Under the pieces are notes generated by a model, which was not told the DNA's origin, made no database searches, and saw only the letters and a list, made by a program, of their open reading frames with translations. Below, in pieces: positions 8,272 through 18,306 of a stretch of DNA of 51,469 nt. The stretch lies in sequence record SRR22947725_508; one strand, 5' to 3'. The translations under genes were made by a program, and so were the position numbers. The first letter of the stretch is position 1, and every line of letters begins with the position of its first letter.

Positions 8272-9303
8272 TTAAGGATAAAATCGCATAAATACTGGCT
8301 GGTGATCAGATATTCTGTTAGCAACAGTTGTAGCAGCAGTATTGGTTTCTGTTGGCAAAGCAATCACACCAGTTGTTGTTGTACTACCATATTGAAACAG
8401 GGGTTGATTAATAATTATATGATCAAAATGTGCCGCTGAATATGAACTAGTCCATCCTTGCCATGAAAATCCGCTACTTGGTCCTGTAAGAATATCTTCG
8501 TCTACCATCAGAAAATTTGTTGAAGAAGCAATGTTGGGGTCAGTAAAAGGACTAATTGATGGATTATCCACTGATTGAGAGCCTGTATTATTAAAATCAC
8601 CTACAATAATAACATTATCTGATGCTCGATTATTAATTACATAATCTGTTAATAATAAGCTGGCATGATGCCTTCTATTAGTCTCGTCCGAAGGATCATT
8701 ATTGTCATAAGTATCATCTCCACAACATTTGTAATGAACATCCATTACATATAAATCCATTGATTTAGTTCCGTCTGTCCATGTAATATAATTTTCCATT
8801 GGTGGGCGACTAGCAAATTGATATTGAGCATTATTTTCATAGTCTGAGTCTCCATCATTGCTGTTGGAAGTATCTGCCCATAGCTCATTTTTAGAATTGA
8901 AAGTAACAGTACTGTTTTTATAGACTAATGCAAATCCCAAATTTCCAGATTCTTCGTCTAATACATAAGAGTAGTCGTTCATTGAGTTCACCATACTAAT
9001 TAACTCAGATTCACTCGAAATCTCTTGGAATAAATATATATCAGCATTCCATGCCTCTAAAAGACTTTTAACATAACTCTTTGTTGTACTGTGCTGTGGA
9101 AACTGTCTAATATTCCATGTAACAATCTCTATTTGACTCAATTGATCTAGATTAGTTGCATTTGGAAAACTATAAGGATCTGTTCCATCACCAGGGTCTG
9201 TTCCATCGCCAGAGTCTGTAGGAGAAGAGGGACTACCGCCGCCGCCACATGCAATGATTGCTAGTACTAAAATGATAAATAGTTTATTTGTGAACTGAAC
9301 CAT
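8272..9303 (-). CDS. Endonuclease/exonuclease/phosphatase (DNase I-like) lipoprotein
   Basis: Lipobox IIAC; TWNI, FQEI, HYKCC, GDFN, FDHII and SDHQPV catalytic motifs. Confidence 0.85.
   Translation of the reverse strand: MVQFTNKLFIILVLAIIACGGGGSPSSPTDSGDGTDPGDGTDPYSFPNATNLDQLSQIEIVTWNIRQFPQHSTTKSYVKSLLEAWNADIYLFQEISSESELISMVNSMNDYSYVLDEESGNLGFALVYKNSTVTFNSKNELWADTSNSNDGDSDYENNAQYQFASRPPMENYITWTDGTKSMDLYVMDVHYKCCGDDTYDNNDPSDETNRRHHASLLLTDYVINNRASDNVIIVGDFNNTGSQSVDNPSISPFTDPNIASSTNFLMVDEDILTGPSSGFSWQGWTSSYSAAHFDHIIINQPLFQYGSTTTTGVIALPTETNTAATTVANRISDHQPVFMRFYP
9176..9219 (-). repeat. 18-bp imperfect tandem repeat (about 2.4 copies) encoding a GDGTDP linker
   Basis: ggatctgttccatcacca / gggtctgttccatcgcca / gagtctgt on the + strand; protein TDSGDGTDPGDGTDP. 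Confidence 0.8.
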
Positions 9304-10213
9304 AAATATAATTTACTAATAAATTACCAACTTGTCCTAAGCTTTGTGATGAACAATTTTCTGGGGTATCACTTTGAGTATGCCAATGATTATAAAACAT
9401 ATTTGGATATTGAAAGTCAATAATATCAATAGCTGGGATTTCTGCTATTTCCCATAATGGTACATGATCATCATAGATTTCTTGTGCAATTGTTTTCTTG
9501 AAAGCTGGCAACGATAATTCTTCTGCTAGATTCCAAATCTCTTTCACTTTTTTTGGAGCTATGTTATATGAAATTCTTTCAATAGGAATAGTTAAGTTTT
9601 TATCTCCAACCATATCTACTATGATTGCAAAATTTGGTTTTGCAATAGGTAGGTTTTCAGCAAAATATTTTGATCCCAATGCAAATGTTTCTGGTTGGCC
9701 AGCAAAGCCTCCATCTTCAGCATCAAAAAATACAATATCAATACCGATCTCTGGATTTTTTTCTGAAATTATAGTGGACAACTCCATCAAAACTGATGTA
9801 CCGCTTGCTCCATCATTAGCTCCAAGAACTGGTAGACTTTGGTTCTCTACTACCTCATCTTGATCAGATAAAGATCTTGTATCCCAGTGCGCTCCAAGCA
9901 ATAAACGATATTCAGCTTCTTCGTTAAACTGAATAATAAAATTTTTACCATTTCTTTCCATGTCGGTTATAGGTTCTGTATAAATAAATTCTTGAATAAT
10001 TATGTTTCCTTCTAACTGATTTAAAAAGTCTTCTAAATAATTACTAAACTCTAAATGGCCAGATGAGCCTGGATTTCTTGGACCAAATTCACATTGCTTG
10101 ACTAGATATGTAAATGCTTTGCTTGAGTTAAAATTAGGAATATCTATAGACTTCTTAGATGGAGCACTACAACCAAAAAATATAACTAAAATTAAGGGAA
10201 ATATTCTTTTCAT
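9284..10213 (-). CDS. M28-family lipoprotein, type II (mammalian-like) glutaminyl cyclase candidate
   Basis: Lipobox FFGC; GPRNPGS.GH, AHWDTR, GANDGASG, FDAED, DMVGD, DDHVP, WHT..D. Start 10213 (MKRIF, after GAGGA) preferred over 10234. Confidence 0.75.
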   Translation of the reverse strand: MKRIFPLILVIFFGCSAPSKKSIDIPNFNSSKAFTYLVKQCEFGPRNPGSSGHLEFSNYLEDFLNQLEGNIIIQEFIYTEPITDMERNGKNFIIQFNEEAEYRLLLGAHWDTRSLSDQDEVVENQSLPVLGANDGASGTSVLMELSTIISEKNPEIGIDIVFFDAEDGGFAGQPETFALGSKYFAENLPIAKPNFAIIVDMVGDKNLTIPIERISYNIAPKKVKEIWNLAEELSLPAFKKTIAQEIYDDHVPLWEIAEIPAIDIIDFQYPNMFYNHWHTQSDTPENCSSQSLGQVGNLLVNYIYGSVHK

Positions 10214-10214
10214 T

Positions 10215-13200
10215 TTATCCTCTAATTGCCACATTTAGATTTATTCCAAAGTCACGATCAATTCTACGGCCAGTTAATCTAGTATCATTTTCACGATATT
10301 CATAAAATAAGCTTCCTGTAACGTCATCTGTTAAAGTATAAGTTACGCGCAAAACACTCTTTCTTGAATTTGTGAAATTTTGTTCAGCAAAATTAATCTT
10401 ATCTTTTGATCCTTCTTCTTTTTTCTGACTAACATCAAAGTTTAATGTGATATTCATATTATTCTTTAAATATACATTTCGTTCTGTAAATGGTAAGGAA
10501 AATCTAATTCCTTTTGAAAAATTGTAGGTAATACTAGCTAGAATACTATTATCAGATACATAGGTTAAGCCATTCGCAACCTCATCTAAAGTATGAGTAA
10601 TATTTGTTCTAATATTTGTTGATATCCCATTTCTGAAAGATGTAGTGATTCCTAATAATGGAGTAAAACTACGAGATATGCGTGAAAACTGTCTATTGTT
10701 ATCATTGTCATTTGCAAATGATGATATACTGAATAAATCAATTGCTCCAACACTGTCATCATTGAACTTCCATGATAAGTTTTCTTTTCCGCTAAATGCA
10801 TGCTCTAAAGACAATGATTGTACATAAGGAGAAACAAATTTTATCTTTTCTAATCCTCCAATACGTAAAGACCAATTAGAAAAAGGCATCCCACTTGATA
10901 AGTGCTTACCATACGCTAAATAATCTCTATTTGTAGATCGAGTATCAATATTATATCCGTTAATATTAGATGAAATACTTTCTGAGAATGATATATTTAA
11001 TGAGCTACTTGGATTAAAGCGAACACCCGTTCTGATTGATAAAGATTTTTTAATATCTTCTGCGCCTGTATTTAAACCTACTTCTGGTGCACTTTCTAAG
11101 CCATGACTATCTCTTAGTCCAAATCGATAGCTTAGTGGTACGTCTCCACTAACACCATTTGCAGTTCTATTGGTGGTAGTATTAATCGAAATACTAAGAG
11201 GTTCGACTTTTTTAGACATCTGATAAATTCTCTCTAAAACAAAACTATTCTCAAGCTTCTTTTTTTCTTTTTTCTTAGTCGAATCATCCTTTGAAAGATC
11301 AATATTATCTTTACCTTTATCGGATGCATCACTTTCTCCTCTTGAAAGACCAGAAGCAGATCTAGATCTAGTAGTTGGAGTTATTGCTTTTCTTTTAGAT
11401 GCTGGGGTATAAAATGTTTCAATAATTTCCGTAGCAGATAAAGAGAAGTTTATAGCAGTATTCTTCACTGCTGATATATTTGCTCCATCAATCACGCTAG
11501 ATAAAGGCTTATTCCATGAATAGTTTGTGTTATATGCAAAATTTGGTTTAATCCAACTTATCCATTGAGGAGTAAATGTTGAACCTAAAGATTCAGTACT
11601 ACTCGTTACTCTTCCTATTTTTAAATTATCTAATACTTTATCTCTATACTCTGACATGTCGCTTTTAATATTTTTGTTATAATTAAATTGGGTATTATCA
11701 AAAATTTTATAATTAATACTAAATTTTCTATCTAAACCTAAATTAAAATCATCAATCAAGTCTGTACTAGATCTTGATTGCTTCTCAGTCAAGCTACGAT
11801 TCACTCTAAATCCGGTAGCAAGAGATGTTGGAGTATAGAAAAACTTTGTATCGCTAACCTTTTCTCCTATAAGTGGTACTTTAGCCATCCACTTGAATGC
11901 TTCAATATAGTTATCGCTCGGGAATCTTAAATTATAATCTAGATTTGTAGTTATTCGTTGAGTATCAACAGATTTCATAATCTCATTAGATTTATTTTGA
12001 TTCGATGCATTAAATGATGCGCTAAGATTATCTATAGTATATTTAACAAAAGGGTTTTCTGATTTAATTTGCTTAGAAATCTTACCATTAAAACTCACTG
12101 TAGATGACTTTACTACAATAGAATCTGGAGTTGCGCCATTTGTTCTAATATCAGTACCTGGAAAAAATTTAGGAGCATTATTTTGCATATTGTATGTCAT
12201 ATTTAAGGGGAATGAAATGCCAAATTTTTGAGGAAATAAACTTCCTAGCTGCATATTGTTTGTAAATATTAAGTTTTCAGCAGTAGTGTTTGTTCCAATC
12301 CTTTCTTGAAGAATATGGAAATCTGCATCTTTTTTACTGTACGATATAGAACTCTTATTGAAGTCCGATAAGTTAAATTCAGATTTTAGTCTTACTGCAG
12401 TTCCTTGCTCTTTTTTAACTCCACTTAATCGAAGCTCGTCTAACCAAATTTCACCTGAAATTGGATGGTCTGTATTATTCTCTACTCCAACAACAAAATA
12501 CTGTAATCGAGATAAAGAAGGGTTTCCTATAATCTCGACTTTTTTATATTCCTCATTATTTTCATCCATGAATTCATATCTTTTATAATCAAGAGAATCA
12601 GTAAATGTATCATTAACATTAATTTTTTCAATTGAATCTTGATCGACATTTTTCAATCCTGTAAGCCAATTTAGATCAAGATCTATTGCATTCCTTTCCT
12701 GATCTTCATCCCAACTATCGTATATTGGCTTAGTCAATTTATAATATTCATCTCCAGTACCAAACTGTATGAAAAATCTTAGGTCGGTATTATTTTCAGA
12801 TACATTTGGACTATCTCCATAAACAAACATCTTCATCTGATCATACATTAAAAAACTCTGTCCTTGCTGTGAGGTCATAGATGATAAAATTTTCTTTGCG
12901 GCGCCTTTAACATTTGGATCTAAATTTTCAAACTTGAGTACTAGAGATTGTTCCTTAGAACGTATTTTATTTATTTGATCAAATTCTCCAAAAACACCTT
13001 TGGGCGGTATATAGTCAGGATTATCTTCATCGTTTACTACTGTAACTAAAAATGTACTATCTTGCACTGTATATTCTTCTTGATCAACAAATGAAGTCCC
13101 CATTTCTTCCCATGCATTTCCTACTAACTCCATTTTAGCAATTTCTAGAGTTGATGGCTGATCAATACCGGAGACTACAAGTCTAACGTACTTAATTTCA

Positions 13201-16200
13201 CTTAATGTAATATCTTGGACTTGATCAAAATGGCTTAAAGGTATTCTAATTAACTTCCAACCTGTCTCTATTCCATCTACTATAGTGGATCCTGCCACAT
13301 AAGTACTGTCATTTAGAGAAATAGTTTTGGTAAAATAGTCATTAGTTCGATCTAAGAAACCTGATTGATCTAAATCTTCGCTATCAGGATATTTACCGCC
13401 AGATTGAATTTTATCGCCAGTACCATTTCCTTCCGTACCATTAACTTTTGTATAGTCTGAACTTCCTTCAGTATAATCCCAATTATCACCATTAGGGTCA
13501 TTAGCATCTACATCCGAAGAAGCATTAATAATAGTTATTTCTCCGCTAGATAAGTAATCTGCATAGCTTAGTCCATTTTCTGTATTCAAACACTCGCCCC
13601 AACCATCCTCAAAATTATCAAAACATCCATCCAGGCCGGTATCTTCGTTATCTTCCAAGAATCCATTACCCAGTGCTAAACCGGCATCCGGAACATCTTC
13701 GTTATTAAGAGAACCATCTCCATTGTAGTCTTCACTAATTTTACCTAAATCTACTGTTAAATTTCCCTCTTCTCCTCGTAACCAAATTTCAAAAAATCTA
13801 CTTCTTGTTTGATCATAATCTCCTATAAACATTGGCGTTACAACGCCAGCCCATACTGAATCAGGATCAACACTTTCTTGATATTCTTTTGGCTCATAAT
13901 CTAATACTAAAATATCAGTCGTTAGGTTCTGAGCTCTTTGAGATGTAGATATATTGGGCCAAATATTATTAGTTAATACCTGCGAATAAGGATTATACCA
14001 ATGCATTCTAGCTCTATTTCTCTGATTGAATGGCTCACTAGTTTCAAGATTCAATGGTGCAGAGGAGATGTTCCAAAACCTTCTTAACACTGAAGGACTG
14101 GTTACTCTTTTTGATCCTTCAAAATCATCAATATATGCTACTCCACCACTGTCGCCTGTGCCAGCATTTGATATAGAATTTGGATTAGGAAGTACTTGTG
14201 CAATTTCTCCTTCAAAAGTAAATCGAGATAATTTTTCGGCATTAAACATCTCTAACTTATTAATAGAAGCAGATAGATTCTCTAGATCTTTTTCGTAGCG
14301 ACCATTGATATCCCAAATAAAGTTTTGGATAGGCTCAAAACCTACTTCTACTTTTTTATTAACAATATCTTGCTTGTAATAAAGGGCTGTCAAACCTAAA
14401 AAAGAGTTTTCATCAAAATCTATTTGTGCCCTAGAACCAACCATAATCTTTCTATCGAAGGTTACAAGATCATGTTTATCATAGACAATTTCGAGTTCAG
14501 CATTTGGATCAATATTACCTGTTAACATAATCATTCCCGAAAAATAATCAATCTGATAATCTTGGCCTCTCTCAAGCTTATCTCCATTGGAATAAATTTC
14601 TTCACTTCCCTCAACTAGTGTAAATCCTAAATTGATAGTAGATTTTGGATTGGTATAATCTGCAGCAATAGTAAATCGAGAATCTCCTGTGTACTCCGTT
14701 CGGTTAGTACTTGTATACATTTTTCCTTGCTGTAATAAAGGGTCCAAAGTGCTGTTATCATTTCCACCATCTAAGTTATTGCTTGATACGAAAGGCAATA
14801 ATGCAGGCAGATGAACTTCACCTGTCTTAAGATTTACAATATTAGGGTTATTTAAATCAATAACTTCATCTGGAGTCGGTGCTCCAGCTTGATTAAGATC
14901 ATCTAATCCAAATAAATTCAAAAAGGTTGCTCCAGAACTGGTTCTATCGCTAACTGGTGTAGAAAAATTATCTTGAATACTAACTTGTAAACTAGCTTGA
15001 TCAATATTAGTAGCTCCAAGAGAATACACATTTTTAAACATTAAATCCCATGTTGGATGATTTGGGTGTGATGACTGTGCTTTTAACATCTTCAATACTA
15101 ATGTTTCACTGCCATCGTCTACTATATTAGCACCAACCTTAAGAATAATTTCTCCAGTTGTTCTATCTGCTAACTCAAAATGTGCTCCTATAATTTCATT
15201 TTGCAGGGTATTTTGCATTCTTATAAAACCTAAATCTTCATTAATTGCATAGTCAGATCCTCGTTCTAATTTGATAAATGCTCCCTCTTTGCTACTATCA
15301 TTATAGTAGGTGATATCATTGGGATCAATATATGCTGTACCAGCATCTGCTTGTGGGTTATTAGATGCATCAATTTTATATAGCTCAAAATTTTTAATTA
15401 TCACATTTCCGATATTATGTAGTCCATTATTTAAAGGATAATAAGAGGGTATATTAACTTGAAAACCATTATCTGAAATAATATCAGTTGATCCATTTCT
15501 AAACCATTCATGAATAAAAAAGTATAGATTTTTCCTATAATCATAATCCTGTATTTGATTAGTTTTTACTTCTGAAGTACCTTTATATTTTTCGGACTGT
15601 TTCTTAGTCCTTTCAAGTGATGCTATACTAGTAATATTTAATGGCCCTAATTGTGTAAGTGCCTTAATTCCAAATAAGCCTTTATTTTGGCCTGAAAAGG
15701 TTACAAACTCAGTAGAAGGCAATGTTAATGCAATATTTCCTATCTCAAGTTTTTGTAAAATATCATCTTCTTCTCCATCGTAATCAACGCGAATAGTGTT
15801 TTCCCAATCAAAATCTCTTTCTGAGTTCTGATCTAAGGACACCGTAATTTTTTCTCCTACCTTTCCTTGAACATTCAATTGCTGCTTTTGGTCAAATTTG
15901 AAGTTTGTTTTTTCTTGCTCTTTATAAGACGACCTAACAAGCTCCTGATCTTGATTAACCAATTTACCAGACAGATTAATATTACCTTGGACTCTCAGTG
16001 AGGCCCTACCCAGTGCACCTAAATCAAAGTCGGCAACTTCAAGATATCTACCTTTATTACTTGCAATCGTTGTATCTGAGGCTGATAAACTAAAAGGTTC
16101 ACTAAAATTATATTTTTGATTATTGATATATAAATCTTTTAGGTAGCTGTCTAAAGAAGCAACATAGGGGATTAGACTTTGATAGTCTAAAGCAGACTCG

Positions 16201-16424
16201 CTAATTGATATTGTATTAGAATCATTATTTAACTGAACATTATATTCATTTAAAGATTGTGTGTTTTTAAAAATTCCAATGGGATAATTGGAAAAGTCAT
16301 TCAAGCAAAAGTTTGCTGATTGTTTTTTATAAAAAGGATTAGTAACAATATTATCAGTTATAAGGTGATCAAATCCTAGTAGTGGAGATAAAAAAAAGAT
16401 GATACTGAAGTAAACTCTATGCAT
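10215..16424 (-). CDS. sprA: Cell-surface protein SprA/Sov-like outer-membrane translocon (T9SS SprA family)
   Basis: 2069 aa with signal peptide; QLNVQGKVG, DY.GEEDDILQK.E.GN, GLFG, WDLMFKNVY, AYIDDFEG, DLGKISED, GEIWLDELR; beta-strand-rich C-terminal half. Confidence 0.85.
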   Translation of the reverse strand: MHRVYFSIIFFLSPLLGFDHLITDNIVTNPFYKKQSANFCLNDFSNYPIGIFKNTQSLNEYNVQLNNDSNTISISESALDYQSLIPYVASLDSYLKDLYINNQKYNFSEPFSLSASDTTIASNKGRYLEVADFDLGALGRASLRVQGNINLSGKLVNQDQELVRSSYKEQEKTNFKFDQKQQLNVQGKVGEKITVSLDQNSERDFDWENTIRVDYDGEEDDILQKLEIGNIALTLPSTEFVTFSGQNKGLFGIKALTQLGPLNITSIASLERTKKQSEKYKGTSEVKTNQIQDYDYRKNLYFFIHEWFRNGSTDIISDNGFQVNIPSYYPLNNGLHNIGNVIIKNFELYKIDASNNPQADAGTAYIDPNDITYYNDSSKEGAFIKLERGSDYAINEDLGFIRMQNTLQNEIIGAHFELADRTTGEIILKVGANIVDDGSETLVLKMLKAQSSHPNHPTWDLMFKNVYSLGATNIDQASLQVSIQDNFSTPVSDRTSSGATFLNLFGLDDLNQAGAPTPDEVIDLNNPNIVNLKTGEVHLPALLPFVSSNNLDGGNDNSTLDPLLQQGKMYTSTNRTEYTGDSRFTIAADYTNPKSTINLGFTLVEGSEEIYSNGDKLERGQDYQIDYFSGMIMLTGNIDPNAELEIVYDKHDLVTFDRKIMVGSRAQIDFDENSFLGLTALYYKQDIVNKKVEVGFEPIQNFIWDINGRYEKDLENLSASINKLEMFNAEKLSRFTFEGEIAQVLPNPNSISNAGTGDSGGVAYIDDFEGSKRVTSPSVLRRFWNISSAPLNLETSEPFNQRNRARMHWYNPYSQVLTNNIWPNISTSQRAQNLTTDILVLDYEPKEYQESVDPDSVWAGVVTPMFIGDYDQTRSRFFEIWLRGEEGNLTVDLGKISEDYNGDGSLNNEDVPDAGLALGNGFLEDNEDTGLDGCFDNFEDGWGECLNTENGLSYADYLSSGEITIINASSDVDANDPNGDNWDYTEGSSDYTKVNGTEGNGTGDKIQSGGKYPDSEDLDQSGFLDRTNDYFTKTISLNDSTYVAGSTIVDGIETGWKLIRIPLSHFDQVQDITLSEIKYVRLVVSGIDQPSTLEIAKMELVGNAWEEMGTSFVDQEEYTVQDSTFLVTVVNDEDNPDYIPPKGVFGEFDQINKIRSKEQSLVLKFENLDPNVKGAAKKILSSMTSQQGQSFLMYDQMKMFVYGDSPNVSENNTDLRFFIQFGTGDEYYKLTKPIYDSWDEDQERNAIDLDLNWLTGLKNVDQDSIEKINVNDTFTDSLDYKRYEFMDENNEEYKKVEIIGNPSLSRLQYFVVGVENNTDHPISGEIWLDELRLSGVKKEQGTAVRLKSEFNLSDFNKSSISYSKKDADFHILQERIGTNTTAENLIFTNNMQLGSLFPQKFGISFPLNMTYNMQNNAPKFFPGTDIRTNGATPDSIVVKSSTVSFNGKISKQIKSENPFVKYTIDNLSASFNASNQNKSNEIMKSVDTQRITTNLDYNLRFPSDNYIEAFKWMAKVPLIGEKVSDTKFFYTPTSLATGFRVNRSLTEKQSRSSTDLIDDFNLGLDRKFSINYKIFDNTQFNYNKNIKSDMSEYRDKVLDNLKIGRVTSSTESLGSTFTPQWISWIKPNFAYNTNYSWNKPLSSVIDGANISAVKNTAINFSLSATEIIETFYTPASKRKAITPTTRSRSASGLSRGESDASDKGKDNIDLSKDDSTKKKEKKKLENSFVLERIYQMSKKVEPLSISINTTTNRTANGVSGDVPLSYRFGLRDSHGLESAPEVGLNTGAEDIKKSLSIRTGVRFNPSSSLNISFSESISSNINGYNIDTRSTNRDYLAYGKHLSSGMPFSNWSLRIGGLEKIKFVSPYVQSLSLEHAFSGKENLSWKFNDDSVGAIDLFSISSFANDNDNNRQFSRISRSFTPLLGITTSFRNGISTNIRTNITHTLDEVANGLTYVSDNSILASITYNFSKGIRFSLPFTERNVYLKNNMNITLNFDVSQKKEEGSKDKINFAEQNFTNSRKSVLRVTYTLTDDVTGSLFYEYRENDTRLTGRRIDRDFGINLNVAIRG

Positions 16425-17013
16425 ACATTAATCTTTTTATTTTATCTGCAAATTTCTGGATTGCTATTCCTCGATGGCTGATTTGATTTTTTTGTTCTGA
16501 TCCCATATCTCCCAAAGACATATTTTGAGCTGATGCATAAAAGATTGGGTCATAACCAAATCCCAGGTCTCCCTGTTTTGAGTCTAAAATTTTTCCTTCT
16601 AAACATCCTTCGACAAAAAAATCATGTTCTCCATCAACATAAGTAACGACAGTTTTAAATCTAGCCGTTCTTTGTTCCCACGGAACACCTGTAAGATTCT
16701 TTAAAAGCTTATCCATATTTTCTTCATATGTAGCGTTCTCTCCTGCATATCTTGCAGTATAAATCCCAGGATCTCCCATTAAATGATCAACTTCCAGCAC
16801 AGTATCATCTGCCATAGAGGGAAGTTTAGTGTGATTAAATGCTACCCTTGATTTAATAAACGAGTTTTCGACGATAGAAGTTCCATCTTCTTTTATATCT
16901 CCTATATCAGGAAAATCACTCAATGAATATATTTCATTGAAAAGAGGCTTAATTGTTGTAATGATTTCAGATATCTTATGCTTATTTGAAGAAGAAATAA
17001 TAATATTTTTCAT
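16417..17013 (-). CDS. rdgB: RdgB/HAM1 non-canonical purine NTP pyrophosphatase
   Basis: SSNKHK..E, E.G....EN..KS, ADDT.L, PGIYTARY, GFGYDPIF, KNQISHRG. Confidence 0.93.
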   Translation of the reverse strand: MKNIIISSSNKHKISEIITTIKPLFNEIYSLSDFPDIGDIKEDGTSIVENSFIKSRVAFNHTKLPSMADDTVLEVDHLMGDPGIYTARYAGENATYEENMDKLLKNLTGVPWEQRTARFKTVVTYVDGEHDFFVEGCLEGKILDSKQGDLGFGYDPIFYASAQNMSLGDMGSEQKNQISHRGIAIQKFADKIKRLMYA

Positions 17014-17084
17014 TCCTGAAACTAATAAATATTTATGTGTTTTTTAAATAACTTATAATGTGTATTTTTTTAAACTTTTTTAAA

Positions 17085-17157
17085 GGCTCGATAGCTCAGT
17101 TGGTAGAGCAGAGGATTGAAAATCCTTGTGTCGGGGGTTCAATTCCCTCTCGAGCCA
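17085..17157 (+). tRNA. tRNA-Phe(GAA), CCA not encoded
   Basis: GGCTCGA...TCGAGCC acceptor stem, D arm GCTCAGTTGGTAGAGC, anticodon arm GAGGA-TTGAAAA-TCCTT, T loop GGTTCAATTCC; followed by CTT. Confidence 0.97.
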
Positions 17158-17177
17158 CTTTTCAAGGGGGAAACTAA

Positions 17178-17714
17178 ATGACAATAATTTCAATTATACT
17201 AGCAACAGGGTTAATACTTTTCTTAGTATTAATTTTATCATTCTTAAGAAAACCAAAAGTTTATACTTTTAAAAAAGAACAATTTGTTCCAAGTGATATG
17301 GATACGGTATTTGACTTTTTTTCAAGGCCAGAAAATCTTGAAAAAATTACCCCTCCAGCTATGGGATTTCATATTATGACTCCTAAGCCTGTAGAAATGA
17401 AAGAAGGAGCAATTATTGATTATACTGTTAATATAATGGGTATTCCAGCCAGGTGGAGAACCATGATAACTAGCTATAAGATAAATGAATTTTTTGTCGA
17501 TGAACAGCTCAAAGGCCCTTACAGCTACTGGCATCATAAGCATTCGTTTGAACCTGTCGAAGGCGGAATCAACATTGTTGATGAAATTACCTATGCATTG
17601 CCATTAGAAGCTTTTAGAAGTATTGTACATCCTCTATTTATTAAACCTCAATTGAAGAAAATCTTTAGCTTCAGATTTCAGATTATTCAGGATAAATTTA
17701 ATAATAATAAATAA
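17178..17714 (+). CDS. Membrane-anchored SRPBCC/START-fold protein
   Basis: N-terminal TM helix; VFDFFS.PENL.KITP, F.DEQ.KGPY..W.H.H.F, IF.FR. Confidence 0.8.
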   Translation: MTIISIILATGLILFLVLILSFLRKPKVYTFKKEQFVPSDMDTVFDFFSRPENLEKITPPAMGFHIMTPKPVEMKEGAIIDYTVNIMGIPARWRTMITSYKINEFFVDEQLKGPYSYWHHKHSFEPVEGGINIVDEITYALPLEAFRSIVHPLFIKPQLKKIFSFRFQIIQDKFNNNK

Positions 17715-17767
17715 TGTTACTTCTTTGATGCTTGATCATCAAATTGAATGGCTAATAATAAAAAATT

Positions 17768-18304
17768 ATGATTAAATATATATTATCTCATACTAACGTT
17801 GCCATTAACTATTTTGGCTTTTCAATTGTATGGCTGTGCTGCGTTTACAGTGGAGCTCAAGGCATAACTGCGCTGGCATTATTACCTACACTTGTATTTT
17901 TATACTTACACTTTATGATTGTTACAGACCATTTAAAGGAAGAAATCCAATTAATCTTAATAGCAGTTCTTATGGGTGTTATTGTTGATTCAAGCTTTTC
18001 TTTTTTTGGCGTGGTATCCTATAATGGGAATATCGCTTCTATTCCACATCTTGCTCCAATATGGATATTATGTATGTGGGCGGGATTTTCTGCACAAATT
18101 AATCATGCCATGAATAGACTAAGAGGCAAATATCTTCTTATTGGATTTTATGGATTATTAGCACCGCTAGCTTACATGGGTGGTGAAAAAATTAATGCAG
18201 CAACTATTTCAGGTGGAGATATTAATTATTTCATTATTAGTATTAGTTGGGCCGTTAGTCTTATTGTTTTATTTAAAATATCTGAATATTTAATGGCAAA
18301 ATAA
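17768..18304 (+). CDS. DUF2878-like inner-membrane protein
   Basis: Several TM segments; N...F...W..C, G..VDS, P.W...MW..F, PLAY.GG. Confidence 0.65.
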   Translation: MIKYILSHTNVAINYFGFSIVWLCCVYSGAQGITALALLPTLVFLYLHFMIVTDHLKEEIQLILIAVLMGVIVDSSFSFFGVVSYNGNIASIPHLAPIWILCMWAGFSAQINHAMNRLRGKYLLIGFYGLLAPLAYMGGEKINAATISGGDINYFIISISWAVSLIVLFKISEYLMAK

Positions 18305-18306
18305 AT

